DNA of 64,000 bases from an uncultured virus (IMG/VR IMGVR_UViG_2663763270_000002) (Duplodnaviria > Heunggongvirae > Uroviricota > Caudoviricetes): IMG/VR virus record IMGVR_UViG_2663763270_000002, one strand, 5' to 3'. The notes under the pieces were generated by a model that was not told the DNA's origin, ran no database searches, and was given only the letters and a program-made list of their open reading frames with translations. A program made the translations under genes and the position numbers. Shown piece by piece: positions 28,121 to 37,741 of this stretch (positions within the stretch are counted from its first letter, which is position 1; every line of letters begins with the position of its first letter).

Positions 28121-28882
28121 ATGAAACAGGCTAACACGTCTGAAGTCGTCCTGTTCCAGTACGACAACGCCGACGTACGCACTCTGCTCATCCACGGCGA
28201 GCCGTGGTTCGTGCTCGCGGATCTGTGCAAGGTGCTGGAGATCGCGGCTGTGGGCCGCGTCGCCGCCCGGCTGGATGAGGGTGTGCGTCAGACGCACACC
28301 CTTCAAACCGCGGGCGGACCGCAGCAGATGACGATCGTCTCCGAGTCCGGCATGTACGAGGTCGTCATCCGGTCGGACAAGCCGGAGGCGGCGGCCTTCC
28401 GCCGTTGGATCACCTCTGAGGTATTGCCGTCGATCCGCAAGACGGGCGGCTACTCGGTTCAGCCCGCGCTCACCGAGGACGAGCTGATCCATCGGGCGCT
28501 GGAGGTGTCGGCCCGCCGCTTGGCGCAGTTGACCGAGAGAGTGGCCAAGCTGGAGCCCAAAGCCGATCTCGCGGACACATTCCTGGTCGCTCAGGGTGGC
28601 GCGCGTCTCGTGCGTGAGGTTGCGAAGCTGTTCGGGATGAAGGAACGCGACCTGCGGCGGTTCCTCGTCGAAGAAGGACTGCTGTTCACCAAGCACGCCG
28701 AGTGTGGGGACATCCAGTACGACCACTACGCCGAGCATGCGCACCACTTCCGCGCCCGCGAAACCCTCGTCAAGCACACGTGGGGCACCTGCACCCATTA
28801 CACCGTTGACGTGCTCCCGCGAGGCGTGGAACTGATTCGCAAGCGGATCAAAGAAGCCACCCCTCCCGCGCCCGCCGCGTAG
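28121..28882 (+). CDS. BRO-N/ANT phage antirepressor
   Basis: GEPWFVLADLC, SESGMY..RSDKPEA..FRRWITSEVLPSIRKTGGY, PKA. Confidence 0.92.
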   Translation: MKQANTSEVVLFQYDNADVRTLLIHGEPWFVLADLCKVLEIAAVGRVAARLDEGVRQTHTLQTAGGPQQMTIVSESGMYEVVIRSDKPEAAAFRRWITSEVLPSIRKTGGYSVQPALTEDELIHRALEVSARRLAQLTERVAKLEPKADLADTFLVAQGGARLVREVAKLFGMKERDLRRFLVEEGLLFTKHAECGDIQYDHYAEHAHHFRARETLVKHTWGTCTHYTVDVLPRGVELIRKRIKEATPPAPAA

Positions 28883-28950
28883 CCCCGTCTCCTTCTCTCA
28901 CCCTCTCAAGGCCCCGCGTGGCGGGTCGTGCTGTCGCGCGGGGCTTTCTC

Positions 28951-29328
28951 ATGCTTGAGGAGTTCGTTGTGTGTGACCTCGATGAGATGTTGCGGCGCAT
29001 CATCGACCTCGAAATGGCGGCGTTCCATCCGGCCGACAGAGACGTTACGTTCTGGATCAGTGATGACGGCTTCGTGTGGAAGGATATCGGGCGGATCACA
29101 GTGCACGCGCTGACCGCACGGATTGATGTGTGGCCTTTCGGTGGACCGGATCTCAGCGCATCCGATCTTGAGTTGATCCGCGCGCGAAGCGTTGATGCGT
29201 GGATCAATCACCCGCACCTAGAGCACAACAGAAGCGGGTGGACCGAACGGTGGAGCCAGCGGGTCGGTAGGTACTGGGAGGCTGTCATCTCGACGCCCTC
29301 CGGAGTGGACATAGCGACTCGGCGGTGA
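28951..29328 (+). CDS. Hypothetical protein, paralog of 11813..12148
   Basis: Shared HPAD/WI/IG/WP/WEAVIS pattern. Confidence 0.6.
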   Translation: MLEEFVVCDLDEMLRRIIDLEMAAFHPADRDVTFWISDDGFVWKDIGRITVHALTARIDVWPFGGPDLSASDLELIRARSVDAWINHPHLEHNRSGWTERWSQRVGRYWEAVISTPSGVDIATRR

Positions 29329-29330
29329 TG

Positions 29331-29789
29331 CTAGGAGCGCGGTGGCTGAACGATGTCCGTCCATCGCGTTCCATCCCACCAGCGTGTGACACCGTCTGGT
29401 GAGGAATAGAACCCGGGCGGGGGCGAGAGGGGTGTTGGTGTCGGCGGGGGCGATGGACGCTTCTCCCCGACCCTCCATAGCGCTCGTACGACCAGGAACG
29501 GGAGACCCACAAAGATCGCGGCTAGCAGCAGGAGGAGCAGCACGCCTCCGCCACTGACGTCGTTGGCATTGGCCCACAGGACGACAAACACAATGGCTAC
29601 GACCCCAAGCAGCGGGGTGAACCACCACTCATCACCGATGCTCGTGTTCGTTCGATAGCGGCCATTGATCGGAGTGCCAAGCGGTAGCCCGGGCCTCGGT
29701 GGCTGGTACCCCGTCGGGTTACCTGGGCCGGGCGCGGGCGGGGGATACTGCCCGGGCGGCGGCGGTCCTTGTGGTGGCTGGTAGGTCAT
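29331..29789 (-). CDS. Membrane protein with DUF2510 domain
   Basis: Pro-rich N-terminus, two TM helices, PPPGFY..RWWDG.RWT. Confidence 0.8.
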   Translation of the reverse strand: MTYQPPQGPPPPGQYPPPAPGPGNPTGYQPPRPGLPLGTPINGRYRTNTSIGDEWWFTPLLGVVAIVFVVLWANANDVSGGGVLLLLLLAAIFVGLPFLVVRALWRVGEKRPSPPPTPTPLSPPPGFYSSPDGVTRWWDGTRWTDIVQPPRS

Positions 29790-29874
29790 CGGGGTTCCCC
29801 CTGGCTGGTGTGGGTGTCACCGACGTTGTCGAGTGACGACCAGCCAGATGTTACTACCGATCGGAGTTGTATCC

Positions 29875-30698
29875 CTAGCTTCTGATGCCCATCGCGCGGA
29901 GTGCTGAGACTACGTTCTGGGTTTCTTGCTCGTCTCGGATCCGCTGTTCGGCGGTCATCGGGCGTCGTTCGGGCGGGAACGGGGGCGGTAGTTTGCCGCC
30001 GAGTCCGGCGGCGTAGGCGCGCATCTGTTCCTTGAGTAGGTCGATGACGCGCAGTAGAAGTAGTGCTTCGAGGGTGTATCCGAGCGGGCTAGGCGGAGGT
30101 ATCTCCTCCGGTAACGGTTGTTTGGCCAGTTCACGGCCCAACTCCTCGTTCATGGCGAGCGCTGAGTGGTAGCAGCCGTGGGACGGGAGCCGCCGCAAGA
30201 ACCGATACAGCTGCGGCCATGGTCGGTCGCCGCGGAAGTAGTCGCCGAGGTCGACCCCCAGCACATGCTGGAGGTCGTATTCGATCTCTTCCCCGTAGTC
30301 CTCGATGAGGAGTACGAGGGCTAGGCGCCCCCCGGCAGATCACCGGCCTTTGCACCGGGGACGCCGGAGAAGTGGGAGTTCATGTCGTCGACCAGCATGA
30401 ACAGGACGTCGAACGGTTCGCCCCGGACGATGCTCCACACGGCGGGGAAGGCGTCACCGCAGATGATCTCGAACAGGCGGCGAATGTTCGCGGCGTCGAA
30501 GTCACCGTTGCTGTCGACGACCTGGGCCATCGCGGTCACCTGCTCGACGGTGGTCGGCGGGTAGATCGGGGTGGGAGGTTCGGTGCCGTCGAACAGGTAC
30601 GGGGTGACCTTGCCCTGCTTGGCGCGGGCTTCGTCGCGCAGCTGTGCCCACCGGCTCTTGGCCGGGGCAACGGTGGCGGTCTTCTTGGGGGCAGGCAT
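29875..30698 (-). CDS. Tail assembly chaperone pair (30321..30698 plus -1 frameshift extension to 29875)
   Basis: Slippery G GGG GGC at 30327-30333; -1 frame reads RLALVLLIEDYGEEIEYDLQHVLGVDL. Confidence 0.85.
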
Positions 30699-30724
30699 GA
30701 TCGTTTCTCCTGGCAGAGGGGGTG

Positions 30725-30991
30725 TTACTTGTCGGTCTTGGGGGCGGCCTTGGATGCCGCCAACTTGAGCGCGGGCTTGGCCGGTTCAGGCATTGGCGCG
30801 GGAGGGTTGTCGCTCTCGGGCGCGTAGTGGACGTGGTCCTGGTGCTCGCCGTCCTTGAACAAAACGAACGGCTTTTCCCGGTCGGTGGCGAGCTTGTAGC
30901 CCTTGCTGAGCAGCTGTTCACGCTCGGTCGGGGAGCCGGCGAGGAAGGTGCGGCCGTCGGGGGCGACCATGCGGATCGGTTCGAAAGCCAT
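30725..30991 (-). CDS. Hypothetical tail-region protein
   Basis: RBS AGGAG; between major tail and chaperone genes. Confidence 0.65.
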   Translation of the reverse strand: MAFEPIRMVAPDGRTFLAGSPTEREQLLSKGYKLATDREKPFVLFKDGEHQDHVHYAPESDNPPAPMPEPAKPALKLAASKAAPKTDK

Positions 30992-31087
30992 GTGTGTCTC
31001 CTGGCTCGGGCCTGGCGGGAGGACGGGGGTGCCTGCCCCGCGCGCGGCCAGGAATCACGCGCGGGGCGGCAGCATGGGTGCCTGAGG

Positions 31088-32008
31088 TCAGGCGTAGGTG
31101 ACCGGGTAGGGGGTCGACGGGCCGGTCGCGTTGGTGACGACGATGTTGTGGCTTCCCGCGGTCTTGGCCGGGGTGGTGATCGCCAGCGTGCCGTCGTCGA
31201 CGACGGTGTAATCGGTCGCGGCGGTGCCGCCCACGGTGACCGCGCTGGTGCCGGTGAAGTGCTGGCCCAGCAGAGCCACCGATTCGCCACCGGCCGCGGC
31301 GAGCGTGCCGGCGGGCAGGTGCGAGGAGATGGTCGGGACGGCGGCGACGGCTTCGAAGCCCATCTCGTCGAGCAGCGGGCCGACGCCCGGACCGCAGAGG
31401 ACGTTCTTCAGCGAGTAGCCGAGAGTCTCATCGATCTTCGCCGACCAGGTGACGTTGTAGGACAGGGAGCCGTCCTGGCTCCACGACTGCTCACCGATCT
31501 CGGTGACGGTGGCGCGCGGCAGGATCCGCAGGATCCAGATCTGGTCGGCGCCCGACCCGTCGACCATTCCGAAGATCAGTCGGTGGTAGCGGGTCTCGGG
31601 GGCGGTCGGGTCGTTCCACTGGATTTCCTTCGTGGTCGCATCAGCGGTCACGGTGGACAGGTCCAGGCCCGAGTACAGTTCCAGGCTGCGGCGCTGGGTC
31701 TGCAACAGGGTGGTCGACACGCTCATCTTGCGGGAGATGATGTCGGTGCGGGGCGGCTCCAGTGCGCCCCACGCCTCGACATCCGAGGACTCGACCTCGG
31801 GGCGGAAGGTGGGCGGGGCGTCCTTGGCGGTCAGGCCGAGGCTTTCGAAGCCGGCCGAGCCGAGGTCCTGGAATTCGGCGGAGACGCCGGAGGTGAATGC
31901 GGCGGGGATGGTCGCGCTCATGTCGCCGATGAGGACGAAGCCCTTGTTGGGGCGCCGGATCAGCGACGGCTTCCAGTCCGCGACCTGCTCGAAAGTTGCA
32001 GCGGGCAT
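31088..32008 (-). CDS. Major tail protein with C-terminal IPT/TIG domain
   Basis: VEAWGALEPPRTDI; GGESVALLG..FTG..VTVGG..ITTPA. Confidence 0.9.
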   Translation of the reverse strand: MPAATFEQVADWKPSLIRRPNKGFVLIGDMSATIPAAFTSGVSAEFQDLGSAGFESLGLTAKDAPPTFRPEVESSDVEAWGALEPPRTDIISRKMSVSTTLLQTQRRSLELYSGLDLSTVTADATTKEIQWNDPTAPETRYHRLIFGMVDGSGADQIWILRILPRATVTEIGEQSWSQDGSLSYNVTWSAKIDETLGYSLKNVLCGPGVGPLLDEMGFEAVAAVPTISSHLPAGTLAAAGGESVALLGQHFTGTSAVTVGGTAATDYTVVDDGTLAITTPAKTAGSHNIVVTNATGPSTPYPVTYA

Positions 32009-32088
32009 GTGGTTTTCCTTGTGTTGGGCACACCCAGAAGCCCGGTCACCGTGAGCGGTGCGGGCGGTGTGAAGAAGGTTGTGAAGGG

Positions 32089-32466
32089 CTAGGCGCGGGG
32101 CCTGCGGTAGGAGAGGCGCACGGTGGCGGTCACGCCGCGCAGTTCCCTGTTCTGCGGCGGGATGTACTGGCCGCCGGAGGTTTCCTCAGCGACGTCGATC
32201 AGGAACCCGCCGGGGGCTGTGTTGCCTGCGTTGCGGATGCGTTCCTGCCCGGCGGTTTTCAACTGCTTGGATTCGGCGCGGGTGGCGGCGACGTATTCGA
32301 CGTCGATGACGGGGTTGTCTGCGACGCCGTCTTCGCGCCCGCCGACGCGAGTGACGTAGATGTATGGCGGTTCGATCTGGTCGGATTCGAACGTCACGAC
32401 GGGGGCGATGTCGCTGAGCAGTGCCCGCATGACTTCGTCGAACTCGGGGTAGGGGGGCAGCGGCAT
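32089..32466 (-). CDS. Tail terminator
   Basis: PYIYVTRVGG..D.PVIDVE; position. Confidence 0.75.
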   Translation of the reverse strand: MPLPPYPEFDEVMRALLSDIAPVVTFESDQIEPPYIYVTRVGGREDGVADNPVIDVEYVAATRAESKQLKTAGQERIRNAGNTAPGGFLIDVAEETSGGQYIPPQNRELRGVTATVRLSYRRPRA

Positions 32467-32471
32467 CGGCT

Positions 32472-32771
32472 CTACCCCTCCACGTCTTTGATGAAGTCGT
32501 GCATCACATGCTCGGGCCGGTTCCAGCGGGTGCCGTGTTCGCGGAAGCGGGCGTAATACCCTTCGGCGTAGGTGACGCCTTCGATGACGCCGTCCTCACC
32601 AGGGCCGGACAGCGCCTCCACGTGGGTTGCGTTGAATCCGGTACGCCACCGGCTGCGCTCCGCCCACCGATCGGCGCCTTGTTCGGCGATCTCGTGAACG
32701 AATTCGGTCAGCTCAGGCGACTCGCGCAGGAATGTCCTGTCGAGGTCGAAGTCACTGCCGTCGTACTCCAC
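32472..32771 (-). CDS. HK97 gp10-like neck protein
   Basis: RTG..YARFREHGT. Confidence 0.65.
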   Translation of the reverse strand: MEYDGSDFDLDRTFLRESPELTEFVHEIAEQGADRWAERSRWRTGFNATHVEALSGPGEDGVIEGVTYAEGYYARFREHGTRWNRPEHVMHDFIKDVEG

Positions 32772-33135
32772 TGCTGCCGTCCTTTGCGATGGTGAATCGG
32801 ACGCCGGTGGACCAGCCGGTGAAGGGATTCGGGGTTTCTCGCACCTGCCCGTCGATGACGAACTCTCTCCCGTCCGGTAGGCGAATCCGGTCGGAGGCCA
32901 AGACGTCGGCGCCGTGGGGCGCGGTCACCCGCGCGGACAGCATCAGCTGCTCGCCCTTGCTGTTGTCCTCGCTGTCGGTGGACCATTTGAGGTCGCACGG
33001 CCCGATCTGGTGTGTGGCCTCGGCGGGGTTGGTGTAGTCGCCTTCCCAGTTGCGGGCGTTGGTGTTTCCGCGTCGGACGACGGTCAACATCACACCGTGC
33101 GGGTAGGTGGGCGGCCGGTAGTTCACCATGTGCAC
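32752..33135 (-). CDS. Head-to-tail stopper
   Basis: DVLASDRIRL..IDG..NPFTG. Confidence 0.75.
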   Translation of the reverse strand: MHMVNYRPPTYPHGVMLTVVRRGNTNARNWEGDYTNPAEATHQIGPCDLKWSTDSEDNSKGEQLMLSARVTAPHGADVLASDRIRLPDGREFVIDGQVRETPNPFTGWSTGVRFTIAKDGSSGVRRQ

Positions 33136-33542
33136 GGCCTCGTCGACGCCAGCCCCGCATTACGCAGGATCCGCAACGCCATCCCCGACAGTGTGGACAG
33201 GGACCGTTCGACCTCGGCGCCGGTGATGGTGTCGCCGTAGGCGACGCTGCCGCCGTCTGCGGTTTGCGACGCCACCGCCAACTCCCGGCCTACTGTTCCT
33301 GCGGCGGGGTTGATGCCGGCGAGATGCCACATCGCCGCCTGGGCGCAGGTTGCCTCCCGCATCGCCTCGGCGATGTCGAGGTCGACTGGCAGCCCGGACG
33401 GGTAGGTGTCGTAGAGGTCGAGGCGGGTTGCTTCCCTGACCAGTTGCGAGGCGTACCGGATGAGCTGTGTCGCGGTCGTGTTGTCGGGGAGGTCGGTGAG
33501 CCAGCCGTCTGCGAGGTCTTCGGGGGCGGCGTAGACGAGCAT
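33123..33542 (-). CDS. Head-to-tail adaptor
   Basis: YAAPEDL..ASQLV..ATCAQA..ILRNAGL. Confidence 0.75.
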   Translation of the reverse strand: MLVYAAPEDLADGWLTDLPDNTTATQLIRYASQLVREATRLDLYDTYPSGLPVDLDIAEAMREATCAQAAMWHLAGINPAAGTVGRELAVASQTADGGSVAYGDTITGAEVERSLSTLSGMALRILRNAGLASTRPCTW

Positions 33543-33799
33543 TATTCGTCCCCGCCCTCCGCGGCCTTGCGAGGAGCGGTCTTACGCGGGGCCGTCTTCT
33601 TGACCGGCTCCGCAGGCTTCTCCGGCTGGGGTGTGGCCTTGCGGGCGTCGGTTTCGCTGATCTCGGCCCAGTACGCCCACTCCAGCAGGTCGGGGCGCGG
33701 CTCGTCGGACTCGATCAGCAGGTCTTGGTCATCGCCCAAATACTTGTAGAAGTGGGGCACTAGAACTCTCCAAAGAGTCGACCGCCGTCGGGCCACCAC
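33542..33799 (-). CDS. Small Lys/Pro-rich post-capsid protein (start uncertain)
   Basis: Position and KTAPRK tail. Confidence 0.5.
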   Translation of the reverse strand: MVARRRSTLWRVLVPHFYKYLGDDQDLLIESDEPRPDLLEWAYWAEISETDARKATPQPEKPAEPVKKTAPRKTAPRKAAEGGDE

Positions 33800-33835
33800 A
33801 CCTGAGTGTGGTGGCCCGGTGGCGGCGGAGGCGGA

Positions 33836-34756
33836 TCAGGCAGCCAGTTCGCCGCGCAGCAGCACGCCGCGGTTGGCGTCGAGGGTCTTGGTGCCGAACA
33901 GGATGTCGACGCTGATGACGTCGGACTTCAGGTTCATGTCGTAGTCCTGCACGACGCGCAGGGCCAGGCCCTTGTAGGACTCCATCGCGCCCCAGGTGTT
34001 GGAGCGGGGCAGGGCCAGCGGCGCCGAGGCCAGCGCGAGCGCGGTCCGGTGGAACGCCAAACCGACCTCGGTCGTCGGCTGACCCGAGGCCGGGGAGCTG
34101 GCGGGCTGCACGATGTTCTGGGTCATGTAGGCGTCGAAACCGAACAGGTTGCGGCCGATGGAGCCCTCACGCAGCGCGGCGGTCGAACCGGACTTGTCGG
34201 CGTGCTTGATGATGTCGCTGTTCAGCCAGCCCGCCCGCGCGGTCGGACCCACAACCGCCGAACGCTCCGAGGTCGGGACCTTCTGGATGTTCAGCAACCG
34301 GTCCGCTTCGATGAGCACTTCGGGCTTGTTCCACTCGAAACCGGTGCCGGTGCCGGCGACGGCGGTGAAATCGGCCTTGGCCTGGGCGATGATGGCGCGG
34401 TCGACTTCCTGGGCCAGCGCCTCGCAGGCGGGCATCAGGAACTGCTCGTCGAAGTCCTCCAGGCGCAGGGTGAGGTCCTGGGCGGTGATCGCGAAGGAGA
34501 CGTCGCGGTGCTTGTCGAGGGTGACGGCCACGCTGGTCTCGGTCGCGTTCTGGACGGTGATCGACGGCGAGGCCGGGTTGAAGGTCTGTGCGGTGAAGGT
34601 GGCCGGCTTGCGGATGGTGACCGTCGAGCCGATCTTCTGGCCGCCCCACTCCGAGGAAACATCGGTGTAGACGAGCGGGACCATGCACAGGTTTTCGTAC
34701 AGGTTTGCCAGCGCCTTCTTCGCGATGACGCTGGGGGTGAGCAGAGTGTTAGCCAT
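33836..34756 (-). CDS. Major capsid protein (P22-coat-like)
   Basis: MANTLLTPSVIA..KIGSTVTIRKP..LAFHRTA..DILFG. Confidence 0.92.
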   Translation of the reverse strand: MANTLLTPSVIAKKALANLYENLCMVPLVYTDVSSEWGGQKIGSTVTIRKPATFTAQTFNPASPSITVQNATETSVAVTLDKHRDVSFAITAQDLTLRLEDFDEQFLMPACEALAQEVDRAIIAQAKADFTAVAGTGTGFEWNKPEVLIEADRLLNIQKVPTSERSAVVGPTARAGWLNSDIIKHADKSGSTAALREGSIGRNLFGFDAYMTQNIVQPASSPASGQPTTEVGLAFHRTALALASAPLALPRSNTWGAMESYKGLALRVVQDYDMNLKSDVISVDILFGTKTLDANRGVLLRGELAA

Positions 34757-34775
34757 TTATGGCTCCTTGAATGCG

Positions 34776-35516
34776 TTAGGCGCTGTCGCGGTTTCCGCGG
34801 AAAGTGCGCCGGTAGTAGTCGATGTCCTTTTCGGCTGCGGGGTTGGGGGCCGCGTTGCCGCCGGACAGGTCACCGCCGCTACGAGGAGCCGACACCCGGT
34901 CGGTCGCCTTCTTCAGCTTCGGGTTGTTTTCGACCGCCGCAGAAACGATCGCTTCCACCTGGGCAGCGAAATCGTCGGCGTCAGTGTCGAGAGATTCGAT
35001 TGCCGCGTTTACCGAGCGGGAATCGAGGAGAGACGCCAGGTCGCCGTCGACTTTGGAGGCGGCGGCGGTGAGTGCGTCTTTGCGTGCATAGTTGCGGAGC
35101 TTTTCGGCTGCGGCGTCGCGTTCGGCGGCCAGCGCCTGTTCGCGTTCCTGTGCCTGCTTCAGCAGCTCCGCGGGGTCGGGTGGGGTGTCGTCCTTGATCA
35201 GGCCGAGCGCGCGCCCGATCTGCTCGGACAGCTCCCGCTGCGCTTTCTCGGCTGCCTCGCGGGCGGCCTGTTCCGCTGCTTCTTTGCCCTTGATGCGGGC
35301 GGCTGCGGCTTCGTCGCGCAGTTTCTTGACGTACTTCTCGTCATAGGTTTTCTCGGCAGGCTTGTCCTCGGTGAGGGAATCAGCCGCGGGTTCGGATTCG
35401 GTGCCCTGTACATCGGCACCGACTTCCGCAGTCTCGACCGTTTCCACCTCGACGGTTTCAACAGCCTCAACCGGAGCGTTTTCAGTTGTTTCCTGGTGGG
35501 TGGCTTCGTCGGCCAT
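34776..35516 (-). CDS. Capsid scaffolding protein
   Basis: Acidic N-terminus, YVKKLRDEAA..R, coiled coil. Confidence 0.85.
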   Translation of the reverse strand: MADEATHQETTENAPVEAVETVEVETVETAEVGADVQGTESEPAADSLTEDKPAEKTYDEKYVKKLRDEAAAARIKGKEAAEQAAREAAEKAQRELSEQIGRALGLIKDDTPPDPAELLKQAQEREQALAAERDAAAEKLRNYARKDALTAAASKVDGDLASLLDSRSVNAAIESLDTDADDFAAQVEAIVSAAVENNPKLKKATDRVSAPRSGGDLSGGNAAPNPAAEKDIDYYRRTFRGNRDSA

Positions 35517-35663
35517 GAATGTGCCTCCTGGACACGCGAAAATCACCCGTTCGGCGACCTGGCCAGAAAGGGTGGTGAAATGACGAAACCCCCAGAACCT
35601 TTAACCGAGAGTTAAAGGGTGGGGGTTGGGGCTCCGCGTCAGAAGGCGGAGAAGACTATAGGG

Positions 35664-35948
35664 TTAGGCGTCGTCGTCGGTGGTGATCCCGAATCGTCGT
35701 CGCATTTCCTGCTCGGCGCGCGCGGCGTTCGACCCATCGAGCTGCCCGGCAAAAGCTTGTTCAGCCGCGTCGATCAGGTCAGGGGTCACATGCGGGTAGG
35801 CGGATGCGATCGCCATCAGCGCCTCATCCACGTCGTCGTCGACACCGTTGTGGCTGTAGACGACGCCTCGATCGACCGCTTCACGAAGGGCCGCTTCGAA
35901 CAGCTGCCGCTTCTCCGCTGTGGTCAGCGGGCGGGTCGGGCGAGTCAC
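35664..35948 (-). CDS. Small acidic protein, possible immunity partner
   Basis: Translationally coupled to the minor capsid/peptidase gene. Confidence 0.55.
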   Translation of the reverse strand: MTRPTRPLTTAEKRQLFEAALREAVDRGVVYSHNGVDDDVDEALMAIASAYPHVTPDLIDAAEQAFAGQLDGSNAARAEQEMRRRFGITTDDDA

Positions 35949-37717
35949 TGTGGCCTCCTGGCCTTGTCGAGTAGCAACTGGTACAGGACCTTCGCAGGCT
36001 CACACGCATCTTCGCCGCGGATCTCCACTTCGGCAAACGACTCGGCCAGTGCCTCACGAAGTTCCAGCCCGCCTTCTTCCTTGAAGCAGTACTCGCTGAG
36101 TTGGTGCAGCCAGATGTTGAATTTCCGCATCCAGTCCTGGGGCTTCTCGCCTGGCTGGAGCGGGTAGTTCTGTTGGTAGTAGCGGTCGAGGGTCCGGGCC
36201 ACTTCGGCGCGGGCCCCGTGGTTACCGGCAACATCGAGGACGTGCCCGAACTCGTGCACGATCGTCGCGTAGACGGGACGGCGGTCGAACCCGGGCGGAT
36301 GGAAGCCGCTGGCTACATCCTGGGCTGCTGAGGTGCGCCAACCCTCATAGTCGCCGGCGAACATCTCGTTCATCAGCAGCTGTTCGACGTACCAGTCGCC
36401 GCCATCGCGGGATCGGCGGCTCGGGGTTCGAGCGTTGATCCGGTGGGCGCGAGGGTCGCGAACCTCGCCGATGGCGATGACGTTCGGTTGCATCTGCGGG
36501 TAGCGGGTCATCATGTCGTGCACTGCGCGTGCGTACTCTTGCGCGACCGTGAGCGAGACACCCGGTCGGTCGAAACCTTCGACGCGTACCGGATGCAACT
36601 GTTCGAGGATCGCGGCGACCTCGGCGGGGCTGGTCGCGTCGTCGAACGGTGACGGCGGGATGTCTTCGGGGAGGTTGTCGCGGTTCGGTCGGTCCTCGCC
36701 CGAGCCCTGCCGTGCCATCGCGGGGGCTTCACCGTTCCGCATCGCGGAATCGACCACCGCGACCCGCTGCCGCTGCCGCTCCCGGCGGACGACCGCCCGC
36801 TGTCTGCGGCGAGCCTGACGTACCTCGTCGGGGACACGCACCGCTGCGGGCGGGGCAGGGTCGTCGGGTGTCCACACACTGAGGGTGTGGCGGCAGCCGG
36901 GATGCCATAGGCCGCGGGCTCGCGCTTCCGCGATCGAGCACAGCACGGTGACAGCGACGGGCCGCCCGTTGCTGGCAGCGCGTGATACGGCGCCGACCGT
37001 GGTGCCGGAGATCGACAGCACTTGTCCCTCGAATGGGCGGCATCGTTCGCAGGCGCCGCTGACGTCGGAGACGATTACCAGGTCGTGGCCGTCGGCTTGG
37101 GCTTGGGCGCAGTAGGCGTCGACTTCGGCGCGGGTGATCGCGGATCGGACGGTGACTTCGACGTAGGAGACGAGGTCGTATCGGCGTCCACGTGCGTCGA
37201 TGAACCCGGTGATGCCCTGGCGGGCGAAGGCGTGCAGGGCGCGTTGCACGACACGAGCCCTGTCGACCGGGCCACCGGTTTGTCCGGCCTGTTCGGCTTG
37301 GAGGGCGTCGTAGACGGTGCGCCGGTACACCGATTCCAGAACCCGCGGCACATGGTCGTGGGTTGCGCGGACGGTGGCCAGAGTGTCGTCGATCAGGCGT
37401 CGTAGCTGCCGTTCGTCGGGCGGGTTGTGGCGGCCGGGTAGGTCGCTGCGTGCTGCGGTGGCGCCGTCCCGCCAGGCACCGGTCAACGCCGTCGTCAATC
37501 GTGCAGGTAGTTCACGGTCGGTGGCGGTGATGATGGTGTCGACGTCGCGGCGGAACTTGCCCAATCGCATGAGGAGGCGTCGTGCCCAGATCGCGAGGTG
37601 CCCGATGCCCGGTGCGAGGGTTTTCGCCAGCAGTTCCAGCAGTTTCCGTTCGGTGCGCCGGTAGAGGCGCACGACCGGTCCGGCGCGGCGGTCGCCATAG
37701 GAGGGGGTGAGAGGCAT
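35945..37717 (-). CDS. Minor capsid (MuF-like) protein with C-terminal zincin metallopeptidase
   Basis: GITGFIDARGR, CERCRPFEG, HPGCRH; HEFGH..EALAESF. Confidence 0.85.
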   Translation of the reverse strand: MPLTPSYGDRRAGPVVRLYRRTERKLLELLAKTLAPGIGHLAIWARRLLMRLGKFRRDVDTIITATDRELPARLTTALTGAWRDGATAARSDLPGRHNPPDERQLRRLIDDTLATVRATHDHVPRVLESVYRRTVYDALQAEQAGQTGGPVDRARVVQRALHAFARQGITGFIDARGRRYDLVSYVEVTVRSAITRAEVDAYCAQAQADGHDLVIVSDVSGACERCRPFEGQVLSISGTTVGAVSRAASNGRPVAVTVLCSIAEARARGLWHPGCRHTLSVWTPDDPAPPAAVRVPDEVRQARRRQRAVVRRERQRQRVAVVDSAMRNGEAPAMARQGSGEDRPNRDNLPEDIPPSPFDDATSPAEVAAILEQLHPVRVEGFDRPGVSLTVAQEYARAVHDMMTRYPQMQPNVIAIGEVRDPRAHRINARTPSRRSRDGGDWYVEQLLMNEMFAGDYEGWRTSAAQDVASGFHPPGFDRRPVYATIVHEFGHVLDVAGNHGARAEVARTLDRYYQQNYPLQPGEKPQDWMRKFNIWLHQLSEYCFKEEGGLELREALAESFAEVEIRGEDACEPAKVLYQLLLDKARRPQ

Positions 37718-37741
37718 CAGGCTGCCTCCTTCACCTCCGCG

